Positions 9,533-21,036 of a DNA stretch of 52,340 nt are shown here, piece after piece. Each line of letters opens with the position of its first letter. Within the stretch, counting starts at the first letter, position 1. The stretch comes from Candidatus Deferrimicrobiaceae bacterium (GTDB lineage: Bacteria; Acidobacteriota; Terriglobia; Terriglobales; Acidobacteriaceae), in assembly GCA_035654555.1 (NCBI GenBank), contig DASRWO010000288.1:1-52340 (forward strand). Reading direction: 5' to 3'. The position numbers and the translations under genes are program-made. Below the pieces are notes generated by a model. That model saw only the letters and a program-made list of their open reading frames with translations, was not told where the DNA came from and searched no databases.

Positions 9533-10678
9533 ATGAAAGCAAATGGTAACTTTAACATCTCCCACGTTACTCCCTCCGAACATGTGAAACGGATTGTGAG
9601 CCATTCCAAATTGAAAGCCGTCGCGAGGTTTGGGAGTAGCAATGTCGCCGGTGGTTGGATGCAGAGCTCCTCGATGGAGACGGTGCTGCGTCACGTACAG
9701 GACGGCATCGTGGTATGCGATGCGCAAGGCCTGATCGTGCTGGCGAACGCGAGCGCCAAACAATTGGCCCAGCAAAGTCCCGAAGGCAAACCGCTGAATC
9801 ACTGCGAGAACATTTGGGGGGAATTGTTCGATCACAATGGCGCTTACATTGCCGCGGATGAATGGCCTCTCGGAAGAGCTTTACGCGGGGAAACTATCTC
9901 TTCTCAGGAATGTCGTCTGGTCCGGTCGAGTGGCCTCGCTTTTGATCTTTTGTTGAGTGCCAGTCCCATCGTCGATCTCGGACGGCGAATCGTGGGGGCT
10001 ATAGCCACGCTTACTGATATCAGCCAACAGAAACGCAATGAGGAATTGCAACACGAACAGGCCATGGAGAGAGAACGTAGCCGAATGGCTACACACATTC
10101 ACGATACAATCTCACAAAGCTTGACTGCGATCAGTCTTCAGTTACAGGCCGTTGAGCGAGAGCTTTCTCAAAAGTCTGACAACGCCGGCGTCTACTTGCA
10201 ACGCGCAATGAGTGTGGCTCGCGACACTCTGGCCGATCTCCGGCGCTGCATTTGGACTTTGTCCCATGAATCGCTGGAGGGAGAAGATCTAGCTGAGGCT
10301 TTATCGTTCCTTGCGGAGCGGCTTTTTGCCTCCACTCCAGTCGAGCTGAAGCTGTCTCTTCAACCGGAGACCAATGCCCTGCCGCGGCAGATCCGGCATG
10401 AGATCTTGTGGATCAGCAAGGAGGCTCTGGCCAATGTCCTTAAGCATGCCCACGCAACCAAAGTTCACATCGAATTGCTTTATGGAAATAATGATGTGCA
10501 ACTCCGCATTGACGACAACGGTCAGGGATTCGGTCCGATTCGGCTGCCGCGCAATGGCAGTTTTGGTCTGATCAGCATGCGAAAACGGGCGGAGCGATTA
10601 GGAGGCCGTATCGCGGTTGTCAGCCATCCTCGACGAGGCACTCGCGTTGTTGCCACTGTTCCCTGCCCGCATCATTAA
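9533..10678 (+). CDS. cytoplasmic PAS sensor histidine kinase, HisKA_3 (NarX/DegS-like) type
   Basis: PAS-like block (VLRHVQDGIVVCDAQG...). HisKA_3 H-box is ATHIHDTISQSLTAISLQL. HATPase part reads EALANVLKHA...DDNGQGF...GLISMRKRA. No TM segments. ATG 9659 is an alternative start. Confidence 0.85.
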   Translation: MKANGNFNISHVTPSEHVKRIVSHSKLKAVARFGSSNVAGGWMQSSSMETVLRHVQDGIVVCDAQGLIVLANASAKQLAQQSPEGKPLNHCENIWGELFDHNGAYIAADEWPLGRALRGETISSQECRLVRSSGLAFDLLLSASPIVDLGRRIVGAIATLTDISQQKRNEELQHEQAMERERSRMATHIHDTISQSLTAISLQLQAVERELSQKSDNAGVYLQRAMSVARDTLADLRRCIWTLSHESLEGEDLAEALSFLAERLFASTPVELKLSLQPETNALPRQIRHEILWISKEALANVLKHAHATKVHIELLYGNNDVQLRIDDNGQGFGPIRLPRNGSFGLISMRKRAERLGGRIAVVSHPRRGTRVVATVPCPHH

Positions 10679-10886
10679 CACCGAGGCGTGAATACTGTCG
10701 ACACCGGCAGGTGTGACGCCTGACGAAAATTCTTAGGCGAAGGTGGTAGAACCACATGGAACGTTGGCGCAAGCGGTTGCTACCTTTATTTGCGCAATTC
10801 CACTTCATCCTCGCGATGGATTGTGGCGGTCGTTCCCTATCGCTAGGATTGCTTTTTCCGAAACTAAAATAGGAGACTTTCCCGTG

Positions 10887-11201
10887 ATGTCATCGTGGGA
10901 TTTAGCTACGCGGCCTAACGGTAGTCCAGACATGGCCTGGGCGACATATGAACAAATTGAACGGGAAGCGTATGGAGGTAGCTTTGTGAACACGCACAAT
11001 CTGAGACTCGCCGGAAATATAAGCGCCATTTCTCGGCCTGGGCTGTATGAAGATTATCAGGAGCGGGTGACCGTCTCGGTGGAGGGAGCGGAACCGTTGT
11101 ATGCGGAACTTCGCTTGCCCAATCGCGCGGGATGGGTCGTAGGGCAAAAAGTGCTGGTCGTGATCATTCCGGCTCCGCCCGAAGGTGGCGGCGCGCACTG
11201 A
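10887..11201 (+). CDS. hypothetical protein (104 aa)
   Basis: AGGAG lies 8-12 nt upstream of GTGATG at 10884/10887. I do not recognise a family. Confidence 0.4.
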   Translation: MSSWDLATRPNGSPDMAWATYEQIEREAYGGSFVNTHNLRLAGNISAISRPGLYEDYQERVTVSVEGAEPLYAELRLPNRAGWVVGQKVLVVIIPAPPEGGGAH

Positions 11202-11535
11202 GCAGGAGTGTTATTTCGATGCTTGGATTCATCGCTCCTGGTCGGGGCACACCGCGAACCGATGCGAGCATTCAAATGGATGATGGATACGCAGTCGAGG
11301 AACGCGAAAACGAGATCGCCGTTCTGTGCGATCTAAGGAAACAGAGAAGACGCAAAAGGCAAGGCCCTCCGCCGAAGACCTTGCTTGAGTCTGTGCAAGA
11401 TGGGGCCTGTCTGTCGATCGAAGACGTAAAGCAACTTTCCGAGGCACAGCGCCAAAATTCAGCCGTCAGCTTTTACATGCGGCTCAAAGCATTGAAAGCG
11501 GCGCCCCAGGAGAAGGTCTCTGGCCGGTTTTTTCG

Positions 11536-11754
11536 TTAGCGGTTTAATCGCTGGCGGGTGTTTTCGAACTCCGCCTGCGTGCGGGCCAGGCGGTCAGGTA
11601 ATTCGTCGCGCTCTGCTTTTGTTTTTTCCCAGGCAGCGAACGAATCGACGGGATGTGCCAGCGTCTGTTCCCCTTGGCCCGAGGCAACTTCTGGACGCGG
11701 GTTTTGACCGATGCCCGATGGTTCGGTGTGCGATACGACGCCAGCCTTGTCCAT
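11536..11754 (-). CDS. small hypothetical coiled-coil protein (72 aa)
   Basis: ATG 11754 has GGAG upstream and lies 20 nt after the HdeD stop. The C-terminus reads ...RLARTQAEFENTRQRLNR. Confidence 0.3.
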   Translation of the reverse strand: MDKAGVVSHTEPSGIGQNPRPEVASGQGEQTLAHPVDSFAAWEKTKAERDELPDRLARTQAEFENTRQRLNR

Positions 11755-11774
11755 GACTTCTCCAATCAACTGCC

Positions 11775-12353
11775 TCAAGCCGCGCGCCTAAGCTGGATGG
11801 GTACCGGCAGGCTGTGGACCGCAAACGCAAACATCAAATAAGCCCATCCGCGCAGGACCAATGAAATCCCGACGGCGATTCCTAGAAACCAAAAGCCGGA
11901 CCAGGGCCACTCCGCCCAAAGTAAAATCCCCAGCAGAAGCGTAACTACCCCGTCAAACGCGGCCCAACCCCAGTTGGGAAATTTCAGCCGTATGGCGGCC
12001 ATCAGGCGAAAAATACCAATGACAGTAAAGAACGAGGCAAACAGCAACGTCCATGCCAGCGCCCCAGCGACAGGGTGCGTAACAACCAGGAGCCCAATGA
12101 GTATTCCAAGAATTCCGGCCACCGCGTGCAGAAAGATTCCTCTCCAGTTCCTCATGCGAAACGCCTGGATCCCTTCCACCACACCACTCACCACCAGTAA
12201 CCAGCCCAACACCAACACGGTTCCTACGGTCGCCGCGGGAGCGATAAGAAATGCTACTGTACCCAGAACCACCATGACGATTCCCAGCGCTAGAAACCAT
12301 CCCCATCTGTGGCGGAGATTTTCGAATTCTAGAGTCAATGGAGTTGTTATCAT
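11775..12353 (-). CDS. HdeD-family (DUF308) membrane protein
   Basis: Six hydrophobic helices with the repeated pattern WGWFLALGIVMVVLG...GWLLVVSGV...IGIFRLMAA. I place the start at ATG 12353. The ORF track allows 12491. Confidence 0.8.
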   Translation of the reverse strand: MITTPLTLEFENLRHRWGWFLALGIVMVVLGTVAFLIAPAATVGTVLVLGWLLVVSGVVEGIQAFRMRNWRGIFLHAVAGILGILIGLLVVTHPVAGALAWTLLFASFFTVIGIFRLMAAIRLKFPNWGWAAFDGVVTLLLGILLWAEWPWSGFWFLGIAVGISLVLRGWAYLMFAFAVHSLPVPIQLRRAA

Positions 12354-12703
12354 TAATGCCCTGCCAATGATTACCGGCTGACCACCGAAAACGGAGATGG
12401 GGGACAGTAGAACATTTCTCACCTGCTGAGAAAAACTATCCCCCCACTTTGCTCGCTTGTTCTGGCTCTCGTTCCCAGGACATGCGCACAAAGTGCATCT
12501 CTTGTTTTCGGATGCTAGTGAACATACACCTTAGCCGCAATTCCTCATGAGAATGAATCGAACCTCCTAGACGAGCGCTACAAATTGTTACGCCACGAGC
12601 GACACCCGGTTGTACGACTTTCGCATGATGAACAACTTTGCGCGACGCAACAGCATCGGAAACGACAGTCATCGATTACCGGCTCCGGTGCTGGTCGACG
12701 GCA

Positions 12704-12731
12704 TTACAATGACAGCATTACAACTTAGGAT
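12704..12731 (+). promoter_or_regulatory. candidate sigma-70 promoter for the thioredoxin gene
   Basis: TTACAA-16 nt-TAGGAT ends 20 nt before ATG 12751. It overlaps a direct repeat, GCATTACAA at 12701 and 12715. Confidence 0.3.
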
Positions 12732-12750
12732 AAGCACACCAGAGGAAATT

Positions 12751-13197
12751 ATGCCGGTTATTCGAGGCTGCAAAGTTTGTGGACGGATGAATCGCATTCC
12801 CGCGGCACACCTTGCCGATACTGGGCGGTGTGGCGCTTGCAAAGCCCCATTGCCGCCGGTGGACGAGCCATTGGAAGTTGATCCTCAGCTGTTCGATGAA
12901 ATCGTTCAGACTGCTCGCGTGCCAGTGCTGGTGGATTTCTGGGCTGCATGGTGTGGCCCGTGCAAAATGGCAGCGCCCGAAGTTGCGCGTACTGCCGCCG
13001 ATATGGCGGGGCGGGCCATAGTCGTCAAGCTCGATACCGAACGCTATCCGGAAGTTGCATCCCGATTTAATGTGCGAGGTATTCCAAACTTCGTCGTCTT
13101 CAACGCCGGTCATCCCGTGACGCAGCAGGCGGGAGTGGTCGGCCACGAACAGATGGAGGCTTGGTTGAAGTCCGCGATTCCGGCATCGGTCGCATAG
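12751..13197 (+). CDS. trxC: thioredoxin with N-terminal zinc-finger (Trx2/TrxC type)
   Basis: GAGGAA SD. N-terminal CKVCGR...CGAC. Active site WAAWCGPCK. Confidence 0.88.
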   Translation: MPVIRGCKVCGRMNRIPAAHLADTGRCGACKAPLPPVDEPLEVDPQLFDEIVQTARVPVLVDFWAAWCGPCKMAAPEVARTAADMAGRAIVVKLDTERYPEVASRFNVRGIPNFVVFNAGHPVTQQAGVVGHEQMEAWLKSAIPASVA

Positions 13198-13240
13198 TCA
13201 GGAGCCAATCTACCAAACAACAGGTCTGCGCAAGGATCAG

Positions 13241-14395
13241 TCAAGCCGCACGCGGCAGGTGCGAGGCGGTCGAAAATTCCGAACGTGATTGCAGCGCTTC
13301 CAGAATGTGAGCGCGACTGACCACTCCCATAATCTTGCTATTGGACAGAACCGGAAGCTGGTGAACATCTTCGCGGCTCATGATTTCCAGCGCTTCCAAC
13401 GCCGGCGTGTCCGGCGAGACGAAATGAATGCTGTTAACCGGGCGCATCACGTCACTCACCGTCTTGAACGGCCACGTGTTCACCTCTACCCCGCGGATTT
13501 CTTTAGGGGTTACCATTCCAAGCAGCTGGCCGTTTTCCATAACCAGGAAACAGCGCTGGCCGCTTCGCATTAATCGCTGATTCACGAACTCCTGGAGAGA
13601 CATATTAGGACTTACGGTTTCGTAACTGGTCGACATCAAATCTTTTACTTGCAATCCGCTGAGAATCGTTCCCGTGCGAACCTGCAGATAGGTCGCGCTG
13701 GCGGCTTGCAGCAGGAACCAGCCAATGAAGGCGAGCCAAAGTCCTCCGAGCCCGGCGCCTTCGAAAAAGCGAAAGATGCCAAGACCAATGAAGACAACCG
13801 CAATCGTCTGGCCCACGCGTGCGGCCACGCGGGTGGCTCGCTCCACGTTACCCATAGCCCACCACAAAATAGCTCGCAGCACGCGCCCACCATCCAGCGG
13901 AAAGCCGGGAATCATGTTGAAGGCGGCCAAAGCGAGATTGATATACCCCAGCCAGACCAGCAGCGCCGTTCCAGGAGTTGCAGGCGAACTGCCTCGGGTC
14001 CAACCAGAGGCGGAAGCCAGAGCTAGCAGAACGACCCCCAGCACCGCACTGGTGATGGGCCCTGCAATCGCCATCCAGAACTCGGTCTTAGGATCGGTCG
14101 CTTCCTTCTCCATCTGGGCGACTCCGCCCAACAAGAATAAGGTGATCTTGTGGATCGGCAGTCCGCGCATTCTGGCCACCAAGGCATGCGACAACTCGTG
14201 AGCGAACAGACAGGCAAAAAAAAGCACACCGGTAAGGATCGCCGTGCCCCAGACTACTGTTTCACTCCACGCCAGATTCGTGGCATGAAACTCGCCCGCT
14301 AACGAGAATGTTATGAGCAGCGCGATGACAAGCCAGCTGTAATGAAGACCCAACTCCACGCCGAAGATAGTACCGATCTTAATTTGAGATTTCAC
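13241..14395 (-). CDS. site-2 protease family (M50) metalloprotease with tandem CBS domains
   Basis: HELSHAL in a TM helix, a later [11 protein letters not shown] motif, and a C-terminal CBS pair ([11 protein letters not shown]...; [13 protein letters not shown]...). Confidence 0.88.
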   Translation of the reverse strand: MKSQIKIGTIFGVELGLHYSWLVIALLITFSLAGEFHATNLAWSETVVWGTAILTGVLFFACLFAHELSHALVARMRGLPIHKITLFLLGGVAQMEKEATDPKTEFWMAIAGPITSAVLGVVLLALASASGWTRGSSPATPGTALLVWLGYINLALAAFNMIPGFPLDGGRVLRAILWWAMGNVERATRVAARVGQTIAVVFIGLGIFRFFEGAGLGGLWLAFIGWFLLQAASATYLQVRTGTILSGLQVKDLMSTSYETVSPNMSLQEFVNQRLMRSGQRCFLVMENGQLLGMVTPKEIRGVEVNTWPFKTVSDVMRPVNSIHFVSPDTPALEALEIMSREDVHQLPVLSNSKIMGVVSRAHILEALQSRSEFSTASHLPRAA

Positions 14396-14751
14396 AGTGC
14401 TTGCCTCACTTAGAGCTGCTATGTCCTGAAGATGTTTCTAGGTTGGCGAACGAGCCAGGTCGAAGCAGCTCTTCTTCTCTATCTCTTTAGATGCCGGCAC
14501 CCGCACTCGTGGTGGCAAGGATTCCGCATGTAATCGGGCCCGCGTCACGCCTCGCTCGCAATGGGGCTCCACCTAATCAAATGTTCCCTCACTGCCGATG
14601 GAGAGTTGTTGAGGGTTACACCCCCAGTTTCCGGGATAGCCTCTCTCAGAAAACCAAAAAACCAGGAAACGTAAGAAAAACAATTTGGAGACGGTGGATT
14701 GAGAGTGGTCGCATGCTTTGACGACATTCTCAGCTCGGAAAGAAGGCAACC

Positions 14752-14883
14752 ATGAGCCAGAGTGAGATCGTTAAAGATTTCTTATTAGCCCAGGAAATCA
14801 CTCGTCGTGTGTTGGAGAGCCGCTTACCTCGCTCTATTCGGAATCAGATTTCTTCCCTCACCCTGGAGACTCGAGTCAAATGA
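14752..14883 (+). CDS. 43-aa ORF translationally coupled to cheR (hypothetical)
   Basis: The ORF reads MSQSEIVKDFLLAQEITRRVLESRLPRSIRNQISSLTLETRVK. AGAAGG lies 5 nt upstream. Its stop overlaps the cheR ATG (AAATGA). It is below the ORF-track size cutoff. Confidence 0.3.
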   Translation: MSQSEIVKDFLLAQEITRRVLESRLPRSIRNQISSLTLETRVK

Positions 14884-15776
14884 CGAGCGCAACAACTGCC
14901 GCAGCCCCTGCCAAGACCAGCGCACCTGTCGACCCGATCTTTCGACAAATCCGTGACCTCGTCTACAAAGTGTGCGGAATTTTTCAGCTTGAAGAAAAAC
15001 TCTATCTCATGGCAGATGCCTGCGCACGGCGTATGAAGGTGCTTGAGGTCCGCACGTCCCGCGAGTATTGGGACCTGTTGACCGCGCACTCCAGCCACGA
15101 GGCGGAATTGCGGCAGCTGCTCAATGAAGTGACGATTGGAGAAACCGTTCTGTTCCGCAGTCCGCCCCAGCTCGAGGCGCTGCGAAAAGTGATTCTCCCG
15201 GAACTGGTGGAGGAAAAAAGTAAGCAGGTGGTGAAGAGACTGCGGGTCTGGAGCGCTGGCTGCTCCACCGGCGAGGAATCCTATACCCTGGCGATGGCCA
15301 TGTTAGAGGAGAGCGATCGTTTACTGAAAGGCTGGACTGTGGAGATTCTCGCCACCGATTTGAATGACCGTTCCGTAGACACGGCCAAAGCCGGTATCTA
15401 TGGCGACTATGCGCTGCGCTCCACATCCGATTACTTCAAGCGCAAATACTTCTCCCAACTTGACGAGAAGAAGCTGGAAATTCGTCCCGAGGTGAAAAAA
15501 CTTATTACCTTCAGCCGCCTCAATTTGCAGGATGACTCTCGGATGCTCCTCATGAAGGGAATGGATTTGATTTTCTGCTGCAACGTCCTCATTTACTTCG
15601 ACGGGCCTTCAAAAGCTAAAGTGGTCAACCATTACTACAGCAACCTTAATTTCGGTGGTTATTTCTTTTTGGGCACGTCGGAGTCCCTGTTGAACTTAAA
15701 TGACAAATTCCATCTTGTCCATTTTCCGGGCACAATCGCGTATTGGAAACCATCCCTGAAAAGCGGAAAGCTATGA
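14880..15776 (+). CDS. cheR: CheR-type protein-glutamate O-methyltransferase
   Basis: N-terminal helical CheR_N-like part. SAM fold motifs LRVWSAGCSTGEESYTLAM and FCCNVLIYFD. Confidence 0.9.
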   Translation: MTSATTAAAPAKTSAPVDPIFRQIRDLVYKVCGIFQLEEKLYLMADACARRMKVLEVRTSREYWDLLTAHSSHEAELRQLLNEVTIGETVLFRSPPQLEALRKVILPELVEEKSKQVVKRLRVWSAGCSTGEESYTLAMAMLEESDRLLKGWTVEILATDLNDRSVDTAKAGIYGDYALRSTSDYFKRKYFSQLDEKKLEIRPEVKKLITFSRLNLQDDSRMLLMKGMDLIFCCNVLIYFDGPSKAKVVNHYYSNLNFGGYFFLGTSESLLNLNDKFHLVHFPGTIAYWKPSLKSGKL

Positions 15777-16687
15777 CTGCATCCATTGCTAAAACAATCC
15801 GCGAGCGAGTGGCGAGCATCGAGACCACGCCATCCATACCCACAGTTTTTCTACCTTTGCTGAAACTCCTGAATCTGCCGCCCGAGCGCGTCAAACTGGA
15901 TGAGGTCGTGAAGCTAGTCTCGTATGACAACACCATCGCCGCACAATGCCTGCGCGTGGCCAGTTCACCACTATTTGGACTGGCGAAGTCGCCTGAAACC
16001 ATCCGAGCGGCGATGATCAGCCTCGGCCTGCGCCGCGTCGAAACAATTCTTCTCACATGCTGCCTGGGAAGTGCCTTCCCTACCGGCAACTGGGCGCTCG
16101 ACCCCACGATCTTTTGGATGCACTCCTTGGGCTGCGCTATGGTGTGCCGGAAGTTCAGCGAAAAGCTGGCCGAGGGCGATGGAGACAGAGCCTATATGGC
16201 GGGACTGCTCCACGATATCGGCTTCATGGTGAACTGTATCGCGTTTCCGAAAGAGTTTGCTGTGGCTGCCGCTAAGGCTTCTCAAGAACAGATTCCCTTC
16301 GACGTAGCAGAGCGCGCTACTATGGGATTCACCCACTGCGACTCGGGAAAGGCGCTTGCTGAAAAGTGGCACATGGCGGACGATATGGCTCACGTGATCG
16401 CCCATCACCATGCGCCCGAGCAGAGCGCGATATCCCAGCCTTTGATTGCTCTGGTTCACTTGAGCGATTTGCTTTGCCGCATGCGCGGAATGGGATACGG
16501 ATATTATGAAAAGCAAAAAGTGGATTTGGTCGGCGACCCAGCCTGGTCGATTCTCCTCAAAGAACACCGCGACCTCGCCAAGGTTGACTTGGCTCTTTTC
16601 TCGTTTGAGCTGGATGAAGCGGTCGATGAAGTCTCCAAACTCGTATCCACTATTTTTGGAGGCAAACGCGCCACAGCAGCAAGTTAA
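15773..16687 (+). CDS. HDOD domain signalling protein
   Basis: ATGA overlap with the cheR stop. The pattern LPPERVKLDEVVKLVSYDNTIAAQCLRVASSPLFG...GLLHDIGF...HH is typical of HDOD. Confidence 0.85.
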   Translation: MTASIAKTIRERVASIETTPSIPTVFLPLLKLLNLPPERVKLDEVVKLVSYDNTIAAQCLRVASSPLFGLAKSPETIRAAMISLGLRRVETILLTCCLGSAFPTGNWALDPTIFWMHSLGCAMVCRKFSEKLAEGDGDRAYMAGLLHDIGFMVNCIAFPKEFAVAAAKASQEQIPFDVAERATMGFTHCDSGKALAEKWHMADDMAHVIAHHHAPEQSAISQPLIALVHLSDLLCRMRGMGYGYYEKQKVDLVGDPAWSILLKEHRDLAKVDLALFSFELDEAVDEVSKLVSTIFGGKRATAAS

Positions 16688-16802
16688 CGCCAAGCGTAAG
16701 AAACCTTTAGCAAGAAGCGACAGTCCCTCCTCACGGCTGCTCCCTCAGCCGAACCGAGATCTGAATTTGAATGCTTTCCTGTCCAGCAAGTAACATCTAT
16801 TT

Positions 16803-18479
<1,677 letters not shown>

Positions 18480-18552
18480 CTGCCGGACTGATTCACGAAC
18501 GCGACGTTCGGAAAGAAGCTGAAACCGTCTCACCTGCTAGACTGTTCACTGC

Positions 18553-19881
18553 TTGAAATCAAACAGCAAGTTCAAAACATCTGTGCAGCCGCTGCTATTG
18601 ATCAATATCAGCCAACTGCTGACGCTTCGGTCTACCTCTGATCTAGCTGGTCCACGTCGAGCTTCCAGCCTGCAAGAACTCGGCATCATTCAAGATGGCG
18701 CTGTCTTGTGCCTTGGGGGGAAGTTTGTTTCCGTCGGCACAACCAAAGACGCGCTCCGCGATCCCTGGTTGAAGAAGAACCGCAAGAAAATTATCGAGAT
18801 CGAGTGCGCGAATAAAGTCGTGCTGCCCGGATTTGTCGATTCCCACACTCATCCGGTCTTTGTCAGCCCGCGACTGCTCGATTTTGAAAAGCGAATTGAG
18901 GGTGCGTCGTACGAAGAGATCGCTGCAGCCGGAGGCGGAATCCGCTCAAGTGTGGAAGGCGTCCGCAGCGCGACCACCAGGATTCTGGCGGAAAAAGTTC
19001 TGGCCGCCCTGCGCTGCATGGCCGCGCAAGGCACCACGACAGTCGAAGCCAAGTCAGGATATGGCCTGACGATTGAATCGGAAATAAAGTCTCTGCAGGC
19101 CATCCGTGCCGCCGCTTCTCAATGGCCAGGGACGGTCGTTCCCACCTTGCTCGGCGCGCACGTGGTGCCAAGAGAATTTCAAGGTCGTTCACAACAGTAT
19201 GTTGATCTCGTCTGTAAGGAAATGATCCCGGAAACGGCGAAACGCAAACTCGCGCAGTTTGTCGATGTATTTTGCGACAAAGGTGCTTTTACAACGGCTG
19301 AGACAGCGCAGATTTTCGCAGCCGCGAGAAAACACGGCCTCCATGTCCGGGCCCACATGGGCCAGCTTTCAGAAACTTCGCTGCGTCCGTTTTTGGGTTT
19401 CCACCCTGCATCTTTCGACCACATGGATCACGTGAGCGAAGATGATATCAGCGAATTGGCGAAACACGATACTGTCGCCACTCTCGTGCCCGGAGCAAAT
19501 TATTTCTTGGGGCTGAGGGATTATCCGCAAGCGCGGAAGTTTGTCGATGCCGGCGTGCCGCTCGCATTGGCTACGGATTACAATCCCGGCACGTCGCCAA
19601 CTTTGAGCATGCCGATGGCGATGTCGTTGGCGTGCACGCATATGAAAATGTCTCCCGCAGAGGCGATCTCTGCGGCGACGATCAACGGGGCATGGGCCTT
19701 GCGGTTGGGGGATCGAAAGGGCTCGATCGAAGCCGGTAAAGATGCTGACTTAGCGGTCTTCGCAGTGAAAGATTACCGTGAGATCCCTTACTGGTTCGGG
19801 GCGAACCGCTGTGAAATGACAGTCATGAGCGGAGCGGCGGTCCATCCGCAATGCTCTTGCGACCAACTTTCCGGAAATTAG
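18553..19881 (+). CDS. hutI: imidazolonepropionase
   Basis: TTG start. Motifs PGFVDSHTHPVF, GGGI, KSGYGL and ALATDYNPGTSP are present. Confidence 0.92.
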   Translation: MKSNSKFKTSVQPLLLINISQLLTLRSTSDLAGPRRASSLQELGIIQDGAVLCLGGKFVSVGTTKDALRDPWLKKNRKKIIEIECANKVVLPGFVDSHTHPVFVSPRLLDFEKRIEGASYEEIAAAGGGIRSSVEGVRSATTRILAEKVLAALRCMAAQGTTTVEAKSGYGLTIESEIKSLQAIRAAASQWPGTVVPTLLGAHVVPREFQGRSQQYVDLVCKEMIPETAKRKLAQFVDVFCDKGAFTTAETAQIFAAARKHGLHVRAHMGQLSETSLRPFLGFHPASFDHMDHVSEDDISELAKHDTVATLVPGANYFLGLRDYPQARKFVDAGVPLALATDYNPGTSPTLSMPMAMSLACTHMKMSPAEAISAATINGAWALRLGDRKGSIEAGKDADLAVFAVKDYREIPYWFGANRCEMTVMSGAAVHPQCSCDQLSGN

Positions 19882-19906
19882 GCAGCGTTCAAGCCGAACG
19901 AAACTT

Positions 19907-20923
19907 TCAGGCGTGCGACTTAGTTGAGACCTGGGCAAGCTTGCGGCGCGCATAGATCAGACCAACCGCTACACCGAGCACTTGAGCACATGCCCGCGCC
20001 GCTAGCAGCGCCGGGGAAAGCACTCCAACAATCGGATCTTTCCTAGTCGCCCGTAGCACGAATGGCAGAGTACTAGCCAGAAACGCAGCCAGCACGATTA
20101 CCGACGCTGGCACCGACGGCCTGACTACCAGATCAATCGCAATAGCAAGAAGAAGTGCGGGCGCGAAGAGCAATTGGAGCTTCATCAGCTGCGGCGTGTG
20201 ACTATCCTTCATGGCCTTGCCCGGATTCTTGCGTACAGCCAGCACACGCCAGAAAGCGAACTTGTATTTCTTCTTGAGATATTTCGAGAGCGTGTCCGGA
20301 TGCGTGTGATAGACGATGGCGTTGGGAACGAACCTCATCTTCCAGCCGCGCGCAGACATACGGAAGGAGAGCTCAATGTCCTCCGCGCATGCCAGCGGAA
20401 AAGAAGTATCGTAACCAGTCATCTCCAGAAAGCGGTCGCGGCGAAAAGCCGCCGAGTACGTGTCGACAAAGTCGATGGAGTCGTGAGCCGCCATCAGCCG
20501 GTAACGGTCTTCATAGTCGATCTGCACGAAACGAGCAACTAAACTCTTTTGACGCGTGCGGTAGACTCCCTTTGCTCCAACAATATCCGCATCCTCGAAA
20601 GGCTCGAGCATCGCATCCAGCCAGTCTGGCATGGGTACGCAATCGTCATCGGTAAATAGAATAATCGTTCCCCGAGCCTCGCCAGCGCCGCGATTGCGCG
20701 CCGCAGCCGGACCCGCATTGGCCTGAGTAATGAGGCGAACACCAGAATAGCTCTCGACAACTCCCGCGGTGTCGTCGGTTGACCCATCATTGACAACCAG
20801 GATTTCCGCGTTCTGTCCGGCCGTCTGCTTCAACAGCGCGTCGAGACAGTAGCCTATGCGGGCACTCCCATTAAAAGTCGGAATGATAATCGATACAGAT
20901 CTAGCGTCGATGGGACACCCCAC
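19907..20923 (-). CDS. family 2 glycosyltransferase with C-terminal TM helices
   Basis: GTG start. Reads SIIIPTFNGS...VVNDGSTDDT...FTDDDC, with hydrophobic C-terminal segments. Confidence 0.88.
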   Translation of the reverse strand: MGCPIDARSVSIIIPTFNGSARIGYCLDALLKQTAGQNAEILVVNDGSTDDTAGVVESYSGVRLITQANAGPAAARNRGAGEARGTIILFTDDDCVPMPDWLDAMLEPFEDADIVGAKGVYRTRQKSLVARFVQIDYEDRYRLMAAHDSIDFVDTYSAAFRRDRFLEMTGYDTSFPLACAEDIELSFRMSARGWKMRFVPNAIVYHTHPDTLSKYLKKKYKFAFWRVLAVRKNPGKAMKDSHTPQLMKLQLLFAPALLLAIAIDLVVRPSVPASVIVLAAFLASTLPFVLRATRKDPIVGVLSPALLAARACAQVLGVAVGLIYARRKLAQVSTKSHA

Positions 20924-21036
20924 TTGCCGCCCACGCTGCCGACGGTGCTGGTAATAATACCTCTCTGGGAAACGGTGGATGAGAGGCAGCCCGCAAGCGC
21001 GCTTCAGGCTTCGTAACGCACGGCATGAGATGGGCT

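Noticed and set aside
11132-11539. 135-aa plus-strand ORF overlapping the end of the 10887-11201 ORF
   Set aside because: The start is ambiguous, the N-terminus is very basic and low in complexity, and it overlaps another candidate. I cannot support it without homology evidence.
11536-11778. The small ORF ends in ...QAEFENTRQRLNR, which resembles the GrpE AEFENYRKR motif. It could be a grpE pseudogene.
   Set aside because: The ORF is only 72-80 aa. Nothing downstream in any frame resembles the GrpE core. A short motif match in a coiled-coil region is weak evidence. I kept it only as a low-confidence hypothetical ORF.
18497-18511. CGAACG-cga-CGTTCG hairpin between hutU and hutI, as a terminator or operator
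   Set aside because: The stem is only 6 bp with a 3-nt loop and no T tract, and the two genes are clearly one pathway. I mention it only as a possible relative of the tetR palindrome.
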